Shown one piece after another: positions 25,877 through 54,772 of a stretch of DNA of 64,000 nucleotides. Made by a program: the position numbers and the translations under genes. The notes under the pieces are model-generated. The model worked only from the letters and a program-made list of their open reading frames with translations, did no database searches and was not told where the DNA came from. Positions within the stretch are counted from its first letter, which is position 1, and every line of letters starts with the position of its first letter. Source of the DNA: Paragordius varius (taxonomy: Eukaryota > Animalia > Nematomorpha); NCBI GenBank assembly GCA_964247055.1, contig OZ176050.1, positions 11,780,001-11,844,000 on the forward strand, read 5' to 3'.

Positions 25877-27829
25877 TATGAAATTCGTTTTCACTTTTAT
25901 GTTAAATCCATCCAAACAGCGCTAATTTAAAGCACATTTTCTTAATACATATTTTTGAAAGCTACACGGTTCATTCCTAAAAATTTTAATGATATCTCCG
26001 AAAATCTAAAATTTTTAGGGGCTAGTTTAAAAAAATAAACGAAAAAATTAAGGCAGAAATAAAAATTTAATCATTTGCTATTATAACATCAATTGAATAA
26101 TTTTGAAAAAATGCAAACTTTGCTTAAACATTTAAATTTAGTCAAATTTTGTTAAAACGTATTTTTGGTATTATAGAGCAACATGGATATAAAAACTTTT
26201 TCTATTTAATTCGATGCTATTAACGATCAAAATCTCACAATTTTGTTTAATTTTTTTAAATCTACGCTAAATATATATTGAGCCTTTTTATAATAATTTA
26301 CCCAATTTTAAAATGATTGTAATTTAATTTCTGAGGCAATAGAAATATCTAGGAGTATCGATTAAAAAAGTGTTTAATTCCTTAAGTGGTTTGACACCCT
26401 TTCCACCACGCTTTAAAAATAAAATGCGTTTCAACAAAATTTTTCAGAATTAAACTTTGGGAGGGCATTTTTGAAAATATTTTGTTTTGTATGATAATAT
26501 AGTTGGGTCATTTGTACGGACCACGGATTTAAAAAAATGACTTGTTTTTATGATGTTCAAAATATATTTAAATTTGATACTAAATTGATATCATTTTCTC
26601 ATTAATATAGAGTTTTTTCAGAAAATATCTATGGCATATCCATTGATTTTGGTGGGTTAAATAAATGTTCTTAACTAAATAGCGTTTGGGGGACATAACT
26701 ATCGGTTAGTGGCAAAAAGTATAATAAGACTGTTTAAGAATTTGAATAAATATTGGCTTTCAACCAAATTTCCGGCAAACATGCATGCTTTTCTAATGAA
26801 AGGTCTGGCTATTTTCCATATTAGTTTGGACTAGCCCGTGAAAAAATGGGGTTCATAAAAAATATTGGATTGGTTATATCCAAATTCAATAATGGTTTAT
26901 TTTTATTTAGTTTTACGAACACTAGAGTGTTGCAAAACTATTTTTGCCAATAGAAATAGCTTAAAATATAATTGATACCTTGATCTAATATTAAAAATCA
27001 ATTTACATTGATTTGCTACCAATTTATAATTAAATCACATATATTAATTTTTCTGATCAAAATCTACATCTATATGGCATTTTAGCGAACGATTATTTAA
27101 TAAAATATTGGTTAAAAAAATGTGTGAGATGCTAATGTATTATAAATATTTTTTAGTGAGGTATTTAGTTTTTACTTTTATGCGGTTTATGCCTTATGCA
27201 CATCGTTCTCTAATTACTTGATAATTTATTTGTATTTTTTATTGGCGATTCGTTACATTTAATATTTATGTAGCGTGATTATATATAATATAATTATTTT
27301 TATTTACACTTCATGAAACAAAACCAGTATTTATATTGAATGCGCTGAGGAGGATAGACCCATTTTTTTGATAGCATCATATTCAACTTCACGTTTGATG
27401 GAAAAACTAATCAAATAGAAGCAACTTTTCGGTAAATTTATAGGGGGATAAGATTTCATTCATGATTCTACTTATTTGCCACTTTATATGTGTAAAGATT
27501 ACGCTTTTTAAATGCTGGGATGGCTTCTACCCTCTGTTAAATACCTTTTTATATAAAATATCATCTTATACAAACTAAGAGTTTTATATCTTCATACAAT
27601 CTCTTTATAACCGCGATGATCATGAAAATAAAAATTTTGAAAGTATTTTTGGAAAACAAACACTTTCATATAAGAAAAATGATAATTCAGTATGAATATG
27701 GGACAGTTATAATGCAAGTTTGTTTTGCGGGATGATGGGTGAATGAGAAACTCCGTAATGGTCGATAGTTGTAAATTTTTTACATGATGCATTTTTTCGA
27801 ATTTACTTATCTTTTTAACTCCATTTCTT

Positions 27830-28310
27830 AGGCCGATTTACTAGTATCGTGTTATGGCCAGAGTTAGCCAGCACATTTTATAACACAATGCACACAGGCT
27901 CTATTACCTTCTTTTGGTAATAAAAAAGGCTTTAGCAAAATTTTGTCAAAGCAAAGTTAGCATTTTTTCAATAATACTTATTTTGATGTCATAATGTAGC
28001 ACATATGAGAAATTGTTGTTCCAAAATCTCCTAGTTTTTTTAGTTTATTTTAAGAAAAATAGCCCATATACCGGTTTAAAAATGGCCCAGAATAAATTTA
28101 CTCATGTTTGGTTTTTTTTAAATTTATCATGCTATTTAACAGTTTGTTTGGAAAGTATTCAGGTTTCACTAAAGTTATTCGATAAATGTGAGCATATCGG
28201 GCGACTCCTTGATATGGAACAACATAAACAAAAATTAAAGTAACATTTTAAAATGACCCGTACGCCCATAATTATTGATCAACTATAGCTATTTTTAATA
28301 AAAAATCCCA
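27830..28310 (+). mobile_element. possible decayed piggyBac transposase fragment
   Basis: KMAQNKFTHVWFFLNL...FDKCEHIGRLLD...PIIIDQ loosely resembles piggyBac MS.NRF..I..FLHF...DK..KIRPL.D...IDE. Weak, by eye only. Confidence 0.3.
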
Positions 28311-29112
28311 CAAAGTAAGTTACATGAAATTTTATGTAATAATGATGCTATCAATATTTATTGATCATTAAAACTTCATTCTATTTAAACAACTTTATTA
28401 AACCTCCGTCTCCTATAAATTTTGCCATTTAACTATCACTTCACTTTGTAACTTTTTTTAATAGTTTTATACAATCGCTAACCGAATTAACTATATAAAC
28501 ATATCAACGTTAACGCTACGAATCAAAATAATGTCTATATGACTTTGATTCCTATTACAAGACCACGAAAAAATTTTCTGTTAAATTATATATATTCTAG
28601 GAAAATGTAGGGGGATTATCCTATTTGGGCATATGAATTTAGAAGGTTATTTGCGCGTTTCTGGCTAGTTCTCCATATCAGTAAATGGCAAATCTGTGCA
28701 CATCTTATCAATTTTTTGGTGAGAGTTAAATGCTTCATTCCATAAAACTAAATATAAAAGCAAAACAATAAAAAATTTTATTTTCAGATTTTTTCGCTCT
28801 AAATGGGCATTTAGCTTTAAATAAATAAATGCCCGGATTGCGTTATAAAAAATATAAATATATTCTAAATTTTGATATTAATATTTCATTATTCTATAAC
28901 CTTATTATAATTATAATATTTGCTCGTTCTAAAATATATTAAATATGCATGGTGTTTTTAATATTCATACAAAATCAATTACAAACTAACCTTTAAATTA
29001 AAACTTAATGTGATAGAAATGTTCAGCATCTTTGGATTATATAGAAAAAGTGTTTTATATAATTTGAACGTTTGTTTTCACCATGCACAATCTCGAGATT
29101 GCGTTTGTTTAA

Positions 29113-29692
29113 CACTTGGATATAACACACTCATTTTAGTCCTTCGATTCAAATTGGGGTAGTTGGATACCCCAGGCCTGTTTAAAATCAAATACTTTCA
29201 AAAGTATGGAAGCAATCGAAACCATGGAATTTTGCACTTATATAACATTAATAAACCGAAATATATAAAAAAATTTTATTTAAAAATACTTGATGTTACT
29301 TATTTTAAGCTAAAACCGAAAGGCAAAAATTTCGTCAACGTGACATGTGTGAAATATTAAAATTAAAAAATGATACTAAATAAACCACATTTTTTATTTC
29401 TATCAATGTTAGATGTAATTCAGATTAAAATTTAGCTTTAACTTTACCCTTAAAATTAAATGAAGACGATATTTACAAAAATTTTGTAAAATAAAAATGG
29501 CGCCGAAGTAGTTTGACATGGAACTTTTTTTTTCAAAACAAAATTTTATTAAGCTATTTTGGCATATTTATATAATTTTTATTAGGATAGAAGCATAAAT
29601 TCAAATTGGGACCGTTTCCTTCATAATATTTTTAAAAATATTAATTTAAATTTAGTCTGGGGTGTTTAGATACCCCAATTTGAATCGAAGTG
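29113..29692. mobile_element. piggyBac-like MITE family M3
   Basis: TTAA at 29109-29112 and 29693-29696; CACTT...AAGTG termini with asymmetric internal inverted repeat cttcgattcaaattggggta. Confidence 0.9.
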
Positions 29693-30410
29693 TTAAAGAG
29701 AATATGCCCATTATAAGGACAAAAAATTTAGTTTTGGAGCCCATATAAAAGATTATTCTGCTATTAATCTATAGTAAATATTTAGTGTTTTGGTATATAT
29801 AGCCAGCAAAAAAATGTATATAATAAAATGAGGTAAAATTGCCATTTTTTGATGTGTTTACCACAAAGGTATAATTTCAAATTTGTTACCTATAATACGA
29901 AAACTACCATGATAATCTGAATACACTATGTAAGAATATATATATTTCTTATACTTCCAGGTCTTGGACGCAATTTAGCCATATAATATATATATATATA
30001 GAATGTATATATATTCGCTAATATGGTAGCTTTGAGGCAAAAATACTCTAAAATGCACAATAAGGAATTTTGTGTTTTTAAGATTGCGTTTTATTTGATA
30101 ATATAAGTTGGATTAGAGGTTAAATTCAAAAAAAAACAATTATATAATTTTTACGGATATAACAGCACACATCAATTAGTTGAATATTTAATCTGAAAAC
30201 ACAATAGGCATTTTTATTAATAATTCATAATAATATCTTAATTCAAGATACCTAAAATATAGGTCAAATTTTAGTATTTAAACACCTGTGTAACTTGCAT
30301 TCTTAGTCGTTGGACCTCTTGAGATAGACGTAAACTATGGCCCTAAAAATTGAAACTATTCAAAACAATATACAAAGTATTGATTTATATTTATTTTTCT
30401 CTAAATTTAG

Positions 30411-45566
<15,156 letters not shown>

Positions 45567-48439
45567 TAATTATACATTTAGTTTTAGATTAGAGTTTTTT
45601 TTACATAACCCTCCCACTTCTCTGAAAACATTTATATGATTTTTCCTTTTGGTGTCATGATACCGTCCTATACTCCAATTCGTTACTATATATAAAACTC
45701 ATATTTTTTGGTGTGCTTGTAACACAATCGGAAATAAATTAATCAAAATATAGGATTTATACTGTATTTTGAACACACACAATATTTGCAAATTAATAAA
45801 AAAACACATTCCATATGAATCCCGGATGCAATTTTTCGGGCACACTATCACAATGTATTAATTTTATTATATTCATTATAATATATTGTGTAATTTAATT
45901 TGATTATAATTGTATAATATTCAAAAATGAATTACCGATTTCACCAATGTTAATTAATTGCACAATAATTGAAATCTATATACGTTGTATGTAGTAGAAC
46001 CTAACGAAATCTTTCATCTTATAAACTATAAACCTTTTTTTATTTAAAATATGAATAATTACCACGCGTTTATTATATATATACATATTTAAATGAAGTT
46101 TTAGTCATAAAATACATATACAACATTGTACACCATACATTCTTTTAAATATCAAAATTTAATTTTCTATAATATTGTTGTATTATTTATCCACATTTTT
46201 ATCATATATGTTTGATGGATGCGCAGAGTGTTGATAACATGTAAAGGGAAAATATATAAGGAATAAATTATTTATAAATATGATTAAACGGCAATTGTCA
46301 AATTTCTAACCCCGCACAAGCAGGATTATTAGTTTATTTTACAAAAGGTTTTTTAGATACCGTTATTTAACGAAAAAAATAGAAATTTATTTATACATAT
46401 TTGTAGTATTTGGTATTTGAAATTTTATAACATCATTTGTGATGATACGCGTTCCTGTGAAAAATAATTGAAAATATAGGCTGATGATAGTCGGGCCAGC
46501 GTATCTTGTTTGTGAAATTCATGGCTCCATTCAACGTTTCCCCATTTACGAACCTATAAAACAGTCAAAAATTATTGCAAAAAACTTTAATATCGTTTTT
46601 TTTTCATTGACATTATGGCAATTTTAGGTTACGAGCTACAATATGCCTTTAAACCAAAAGGAGATCAAGTTTAACCCGGATATAGTTTCGGGTAATTGAA
46701 AACTGCTTTGACATGAGTTTAAAGATTCGTATTTTCTTCAAAAAATTTTATTTTTATGTTTTTATAAAATGAAAAAATATGTATAATGTCCCTATATTAA
46801 TTTTTTTAAAATTAAAGCCACGTATTTAGATAAAAAGCTAAATAAATATTTGATTAAGGCGGACCTAACTAAACTCTACCATATTATATTGTTTTATTGA
46901 ATACTTTCTTTGGAAACAGTAATATAAATCCCTTAAAATAAATAGTCCATCTGATAATCTTTTGTAGTATTTGTAATTCATAATCGAACTTAACGTGAAA
47001 TGTGAAAATAGTATTTATATTTGATGTTAAATCCAAAACGAGGCCAAATTATCTCGTGGATAATTATGATTTATATAAATTTTAATTTATGCTCAAATTC
47101 ATGAAAAATTTTGAAAAGCTTTTAAAACAAACCAACAGTCGTTGTCAGGTTTGTAAGTTCTTTATAAAAAAATTTTAACCACAAATATTAATCGTATCAG
47201 TTATTTTTACCTATTGTAAATCTCAATTTAATGTATTTTCATTAAACACACATTTAGCTGAACAATTACCAAATCTTTTTTAATTGAAAAGCGTTAATCG
47301 TTAAGGGAAAGCAACCTAATTCCATACAAAAAACCAAACTACTTTTATTTAACCCTTTATTTTGTTGGTTTAATATAAAATTAGGAATCATACTTGAAAT
47401 TCTTGCTCCAACAAACAGAGATCAGTTATTTGCGCAGCTGTCAGATGATTCTCCAATAATGCTTGGGTTAAAATTAATGATTTACAGGCTTCGCAAGCAA
47501 ATTTTGCCGCTAATACAATATGAACTCCAAATATTACAAAAATTATCATTCGTGAATGTATTAGTAGTTACTGTTATATAAAAATAAGAAAATTTGATAT
47601 TTGTTCCTGATATTTGTAATTCTTTTTTACCTACAAGTGTAGCAAACAAATGACTTTTCAGCATATTTTCAATGGCTCGCAATGATTTTTCATCTATAAC
47701 TCGTTGCAGGAGATTTGAAGTAGGGGATATATTAACATGATATCTAAAATATTTCAAAAAGAAAATATTAAAACATATCTTAATTCAACACATATATGAA
47801 TGATATCAAAAACAAAATGCCAACTATAAATATTAAACCATTACGTTTGATTAAACCAATAAATAATTGGATTCCAATTTTCTTTTTGTTCTTTGTAGAG
47901 TTCGGGTTGCTCTTGATCACGGTAACTAAAACAACAAATTTAATAAAAATGAAAAAAATTGTGTTAAACTTTATAGCAAAATTTACCATAATGAATCATT
48001 TTCCAGAAAGGCTAAAAGTTGTTTAACCATTGTATCTGGATCAATGTTTTGTGGATTGGTAGATAGGTAGAGTAAGTTTGTCTAGATAGGCGAAATGTAC
48101 TTAATATTTTAAAACAATTTTCCGTTTTAAAAATTTATTTAACCAATTCGCATTTATATTAAATTATATTTTATAAAAAAACAATTTTTAAGATTGTAAA
48201 GTTTATCAAAAATTATCACATGATTAAATTTTTATTTCAATGTGCACGATTTGGGGGTAATTTTTTGCGCTAGAGCTTAAAATGTAAACAAACTATTGCT
48301 TTGAAAGTATATCTAATCAAAATTTAATTATCAAACCCTCTTCTCTTGTATTATATAAAAAATCTATGATTTTTACATTTTTTTAATTTCTATAGAATTC
48401 TGATAGCTCGAAAACGCAATTGAAACAGAAATTTGCTGG

Positions 48440-48720
48440 TACAATGTTACTTCGAATTGTAAAAATTCTATTTTTTTGCCTGTCGTATTAGCAATAGATG
48501 GGCGGGTCACATTAGAGAACCGTCAACATACAAAAAACAATGTTACATTACAAAGTCAACACTGCATGTAAAGTGGGGAGACCCCATAAAAAGTACATGC
48601 AGGCAATTCAAGAGAATCTAGCTCACCACAAATTAGATATAATTAGCTCAAGATAGAACGTTATGGGAAAAACAATAACTAGAGACATTCCTTAGGGACA
48701 AACACTTCAATGAACAAAAA
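48440..48720 (+). mobile_element. RTE-clade LINE 3' fragment
   Basis: NRWAGHIRE, KVGRPHKKYMQAIQENL, AQDRTLWEK across frameshifts. Confidence 0.75.
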
Positions 48721-49513
48721 TGGCGACGAAAAGATTTGAAATAATTTATTTTAAAACTTTGAATGTTTTTAAAAAATATCATGCGCCTAAAAGGCTAAAA
48801 AAGCATCTGTTAGGTTTGGTTCAAGGCTAAAAATATTTTTTAACTCTTAAAACCGGTTTCGATTATTATTATCCAAACCATCTTCATTAAGATTAAGTGA
48901 CAAGAAAAATATGAGATTTGCCAAATGTAACAAAACTTTTAAACAAAGTAGTATTATAAACTAATATTTTGCTAGGTTGATAAAAAGCTATTAATCCATT
49001 TATATGTAAAGATGCAATATAAGAACATGAACTTCTTATACCTTAGAGATAGCGTAAAAAACGAGATTTTTTAAATAATTATTCAGTAAATTTTGTATTA
49101 GAAATTTTTTAGAACTAATAAGTAGCCCTTTTAACCAACATAGTTTAAAATTAAATGTAAATAATACGCACAAAATGCATTGATGCCCTATTAATCGTGT
49201 CTTCTTGCATGTTCCATTCGTTAGCAATTAATACGGCTAAAGGCTCAGAATCCGTTGTAAGAATCGAACCGTCGTAATGCTTAACATTTAATTTATTATC
49301 CAAAACTACGTTGTATGATGCTAATCATATTAGTTATAATTAAAACCGTTTTTAAAATGTATTTCAGCATTTTGATAAAATTTTTTGATACCTAAAAAAT
49401 AATGTAAATTTTTACTTGTTGTATATGGTCGAGAAAAGCATGAAAATTTAAATCGTAATATTTTTGAGAGTTGAATCATAAGGGTTATTGCAGAAAATAC
49501 ATTGCGATTTTAA

Positions 49514-50093
49514 CACTTGGATACCTAGATACATTCATTTTAATCCTTCGATTCAAATTGGGGTAGTTAAATATCCCAGGCCTGTTTAAAATTAAATTCT
49601 TTAAAAATTATAGAAGGAATCGAAACCATGGCAAAATTTTGCACTTATCTAACATTAATAAACCGAAATATATAAAAAATTTTATTCAAAAATATTTGAT
49701 ATTACTTATTTTAAGCTAACACCGAGGTAAAAATTTCGTCAACGTGACATGTGTCAAATTGTAAAATTGAAAAATTATACAAACTTAACCGCTTTTTCTA
49801 TTTCTATCAATGTTAGATGTAATTTATATAAGAAATTAGCTTTATTACCCTCAAAATTAAATAAACACGATATTTTGCAAAAATTTTGTAAAATAAAAAT
49901 GGCGTCGAAGTAGTTTGAGATGGAGATTTTTTTTTTCAAAACAAAATTTTATCAAGATGTTTTGGCATATTTATATAATATTTATCAGGATAGAAGCATA
50001 AATTTAAATTGGGACGGTTTCCTTCGGTAGTTTTTTAAAAATATAAATTTAAATTTAGTCTGGGTATTTAGATACCCCAATTTAATCGAAGTG
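49514..50093. mobile_element. piggyBac-like MITE family M3
   Basis: TTAA at 49510-49513 and 50094-50097; collinear over its full length with 29113-29692. Confidence 0.9.
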
Positions 50094-52790
50094 TTAATGT
50101 AAAGCATTTAGAATGTTAAATTACGCAAATTTTACCATTTTTTGATATGGGGCACTTGCCACCAAACTGTATTAACTTTCTTAAAACACCTGTACAAGTG
50201 TTTTAAGGCCTCAAAACCAAAGGCACCATGAAATTACTGATACATTTTTCTATCTAATATTTTTCATCAAGATATTTTTTATACCCTCGATTTTGGAAGC
50301 CGGTTATATGAATTCGATGACGCATATTTCCATCAGCTCTGAATTTTAATTAAACATGTAGATTTTTTGTGAAAAACATCTATTATATTAAACTCATATC
50401 TAAAGACATACAAATACTTAATCAAATATTCGAGGTGATTGAAATGTTTGGCATCATCGAATTTAATAGAGAAAAGTTTTTGTCTTAAAGTGTTTATATG
50501 CCGTTTTCACTGCTCAAAATGCCATAAAATACGCTTACCAAAATTTTGCTAAAAATTTAATTTTTTAAAAAAGCCTGTATTTTGTTAAAGATATTTTTTT
50601 GACGTCATAATCTACCATATTTATAACTTTAAATTGCTTTTTCAAAAAAGAATTTACCAAAATTATTAACATTTTAAAATTATAGATAGAGAACACTTCA
50701 GCAGCATCGATTACATAGAATAGTATTTAATATTATTTTGCCATGTGTTATTTTTTATTTCTACTATACTCTCTATTACTATAATGTAGCTTGGACAACA
50801 TTTAGCTGAAAATGAAATTCTTAAGCAAAGTATACTCATAAAAATGATATTTTTTATGTCAAAAAATTACGTTTATAAAAGATTATCCCGCAATCTCTGA
50901 ATATTTGCGTTATTGGAAGAGACAAATCAATCTGCGCAAAAAATTTGGGACATTCCGAGCTTGCATCCAAATATTAATTAAATATATATATATATAAGGA
51001 TTTTTAAATATAGTCAGCGATAATTTTATTTGATTAATTAGCATTTGCCAAAAACTTTGTTATTTATCGATTTGGATCAATTAGCAAAAAACGAAAAATA
51101 ATTTTACTAAATTACACAAAACTACATATACTTTATGAAGCTTGATACATTAATAAATTAGAATATATTCTTTTCCTCAGGGTATATTGTTGATATGAGG
51201 CACTTAATATTTATATGATGTCTCTGTAGGCTCAAAAATGTCAAATTATTCGCCCGAAATGGGCTATTTTTGTAATAAGAATAATATAGTCCATTACAAA
51301 CATCAAATTTAATTATTTATTAAAAAAGGATAATTTGCTTTAAATTTAAATTTTAGCAAAATCTTATTAAAGCCTATTTTTTGTTATTTGAAAGAAATGC
51401 CACACAATAACAAATAGAGGATGTTATAAAATCGACGATTTCTATATAATAATCGTTGTTTGAAGATTTCTATTACCTGAATTTTTAAATGTTTTTTCGT
51501 AAATTTAATTTAAGCTTTATACTTAGCCTGAATTCTCAGCCGAACAAATATTATATTCTACACTTTGTAGTGGTCTCTTCGCACCCCGAGTTTTATAATA
51601 ATAGGATTTTCAAATATCTTATAAAAGTGCTTTTATACCGTTTCCAACATGCTTTAAAATAAGATAAATACGCTTGCTATAAATTTTCAAAAAGATGTCA
51701 AATCTAGCATATATTAAAACTTTTATAAGGCAATCTAACAATTTTGAATTGTAAAGTGCGTTAATTTGGTGACTATTCTTATGGACCAACTACCACATAC
51801 TGATACATTTTTCTATGAGAATTTAGGATATTTTTTATTTACAAAACAACAACTAGCGCTCAGCCAAGATATTTGTGTTGGATATTCGTGTTTTTAACGG
51901 TAGTTATATGAGCATGATTATTACAAATTCATAATAATATCCAATAAATTATCAATTATAATTTATTTTAAATCTTTTAACTTATCAAATCAACATATAC
52001 GAAATGGTAAAAATCGTGGTACAGCTACACATCGACGTAAAACACGACTAAATTGACCTGTTAACATAAAAATATATAAATTAGTAAGTAATCAATATGC
52101 TATTTTTATAAAATATATGTAACTTGTAATATATATAAATAAAAGGATTTTTTATTCTAAACATTTGTTAACCAATTCAAAACGGATATAACTTCTAAAA
52201 CCCTCAAAATTTTAATAATACTATATTTCCTGAACCACCAGGCTATTTTAGGTTTCGAAAGACTGATAATGTCCAAAGCTTTAAAACCTTAAAACTTTAA
52301 TTCAAAAACTTTCCGTTTTTTAGTCAATTTTAATACTCCTACACGTAAACTTAAATGTGACCATTTTTATAGAAGTGTAATAAAAATCTAAAATACAAGA
52401 AGATATATTTTCGCAATTAATAAGTATTGATTTTTGTATACACAATATCCCAATAAATCAGAGATGTCCAACACGCTTTTTAGGTACGCAAAAGTGATCT
52501 AAAAATGTTTAAAAAATGGAAAATTCAACCAAAATAAATAAAAAACCCAAATTTATCAGCCGCGAATATATTCGTGTTGAACACCCCCTGCAATAAATAA
52601 AAACCGCATTTATATACCGATAATATTATAGTTGTTGAAATTAAATATATCTCGTGCTATTATCACTGTTCAAGAAAAAATAATTGTACAGTATTATCGA
52701 AGATATAGTATATATATTCCAATCATACTCAAACTAACTTTTACAAAAGTAAATATGATTGCTTTTATATATGAAAAGAAAAAATAAGAG

Positions 52791-53128
52791 TTAGCTTATA
52801 ATACCATTCCTGCAACAATTCATCGTTCTAAACATGCCTCTGTAACAGGCAATATAACAGCGACATCGATTGATTGGGAAAATCCCAGTCCGGCCATAAC
52901 ATTGATTTTGATACATTTGCATCATAAACATACGTTGCATTGGGTTAATTCCCATCATTCCGGAGTAGGGTCGATACCGCCGAAAAAAGAAAATGGCTTC
53001 ACTTTGATCCACACTTAGCAAGCATATTAAGGCACTCACGACACAAATGATAAAAGCTAAAAAGAAGGACAAAAAGTTTTTAGGAAAAAAAGTTTAAGCA
53101 TAATAAGAATTGATTGGGTTAAACTCAT
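52791..53128 (-). CDS. orphan small secreted cationic cysteine-rich peptide (89 aa in the spliced model)
   Basis: GC-richer island; ORF 52791-53072 has a hydrophobic leader and 6 Cys in the mature part. The track's TTG start has an in-frame TAA just upstream, but ATG A (53128-53125), a 68-nt GT...AG intron with pyrimidine tract (53124-53057) and exon 53056-52791 give MTFIICVVSALICLLSVDQSEA-IFFFRRYRPYSGMMGINPMQRMFMMQMYQNQCYGRTGIFPINRCRCYIACYRGMFRTMNCCRNGIIS*. Confidence 0.7.
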
Positions 53129-53173
53129 TTAATAAATAAGGAATGGATATCGCTGTGATCAATTCATTATGTA

Positions 53174-53181
53174 CTTTTATA
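53174..53181 (-). promoter_or_regulatory. candidate TATA box of the orphan peptide gene
   Basis: TATAAAAG on the minus strand about 46 nt upstream of the proposed ATG. Such motifs are common in AT-rich DNA. Confidence 0.4.
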
Positions 53182-53250
53182 CACATTTAAATGCATCAAT
53201 ATATAAACCTTACAATGATTCTATTAATAATAAATCTAAATAATGGTGAT

Positions 53251-53275
53251 TATATATATATATATATATATATAT
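53251..53275. repeat. (TA)n microsatellite upstream of the peptide gene
   Basis: TA run of about 12 units. Confidence 0.9.
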
Positions 53276-53348
53276 TTGAAAAATTGCAGACAAATTAATA
53301 TAGAAAATATATTTTGAAATAAATTGATTATCCATATTTCGTATAATC

Positions 53349-53532
53349 CAGGGCTTTGAACTGGTACCGAAACCACCCGATCCGAAATTTGACATAAACC
53401 TTTTTTGAGGAGTTGAAACCAATTTACTTTAGTTTCTCCACTTTCTTAAAAACTACCCTAGCTTAAGTTCCAAAATTTTATTACCAGGTTCAATTGTCGT
53501 TTTGAAAATCAACCGGTCCTGGTTCGAACCTA
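53349..53532. mobile_element. degenerate relative of hAT MITE family M2
   Basis: cagggctttgaactggtacc ... accggtcctggttcgaaccta resembles the M2 termini; no TSD found. Confidence 0.5.
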
Positions 53533-53832
53533 GTTTCCGTGTAAATATTTAAACATTAATTTTATATACACGAAAAACATGCAGGAATGAATTTTGAGCA
53601 TGTTTAACACAAAAGATTTTAATTAATTATCTAAAAAAATTAAAAAGTACAGGCTAAAGCCTCTATTTTCTTTTTTTATGCTAAATGATGGGGACTTAAA
53701 TTGTATAAAGGCATAAAAGCTTTAACACTCGCCTACTCTGACAATGAAAGATGGAAAAATTGGTCATTTCAAGGTTCAACTCTGGCACATTTCTCATGTA
53801 GTGTAAAAGTCCCACGCCCACTTATTACATTA

Positions 53833-54772
53833 CACTGGACAACAAATTTTTCTGCCACTCGAGTTTTTTGAATTTTCTGATATTTAGTATCATTTTAACA
53901 GTAAATCTGAAATAAAAATTATAACTCGTTGAAAGAATTTTGTATAATTTGATTTTTTTGATTATGCGCCCTCTTTATCGAAATTTTACTAAAAAATATT
54001 TTTCTTTGAAAATATTGTAATATATCATTCGAAAGAGTAATAAAAACTCTATAAAATGCATACTAATATCTATTACATCGACAGTTTATTGGACACAAAG
54101 AGCGACAAACGCGCGAAGCGAGAGCATTTTTTTTTAATTATTATATTTTTAAAACTAATGAATGAAAATAGCTCAAACTTTGTTTAAATGGTGATGAATG
54201 TCCAAAAAAGATAACACAAGAAAGTTTTTTTGATTAAAACATTTTTTTATTGCTTTTATGTCACTCAAAACAGCCATTTTTAAGTTTTTTGTTTTTTAAA
54301 AATTACCATCTCATCAATATTAATTTATTTTCTTTACAAGCCTGATAATTTCGAAATTTTAAAGATAAAAACAAAGTTTAAGGTATTTTTGATCTTTAAT
54401 AGCCATTATGTAAAATTTACAGTTATGACTATGCATTTTAGTATCCACTAAGGATTGAAAATTTCGACCATTTAAATCCAAATAACTTTTACATCCGATT
54501 GATTTATATGAGTTACTACCATTTAAAAGATGCAGTTTTTTGCGCTCTTTCGAATGATATAAAATACATGGCTTTATATCTAAAACTTTTAATTTTCGAA
54601 AATTCGAGTTTAATGTTAAATCGGGGCCAAAAATTATCGATAAACTCTAATAAAAAAAAATTCTTCCATGCTAGACCAATTTTCTTTTCAGATATACTAA
54701 TTATGTACTTTAATGAAATTTTTAAATTTACAAGAATGGCAGTTAAAAAAAGGTAAAATTTGTTGTCTAGTG
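53833..54772. mobile_element. CACTA-like element family M4 (opposite orientation to 34182)
   Basis: cactggacaacaaattt ... aaatttgttgtctagtg; TTA at 53830-53832 and 54773-54775; near-identical inverted blocks shared with 34182-35277. Confidence 0.88.

Noticed and set aside
29163-29360. 65-aa ORF
   Set aside because: Inside a piggyBac-like MITE; AT-driven composition and not preserved as an ORF in the other copies.
47380-48100. Coding-looking stretch with several overlapping ORFs; faint hAT-like VR*FS motif
   Set aside because: No convincing motif series or splice pattern, so I cannot assign it.
53210-53422. 70-aa ORF with GSGGFG, considered as the upstream exon of the peptide gene
   Set aside because: Spans a degenerate hAT MITE end and a (TA)n tract; no suitable in-phase donor seen.
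53515-53535. GGTTCGAACC, a tRNA B-box-like motif
   Set aside because: Better explained as a mutated GGTTCCAAGCCCT terminus of the M2 hAT MITE; no cloverleaf.
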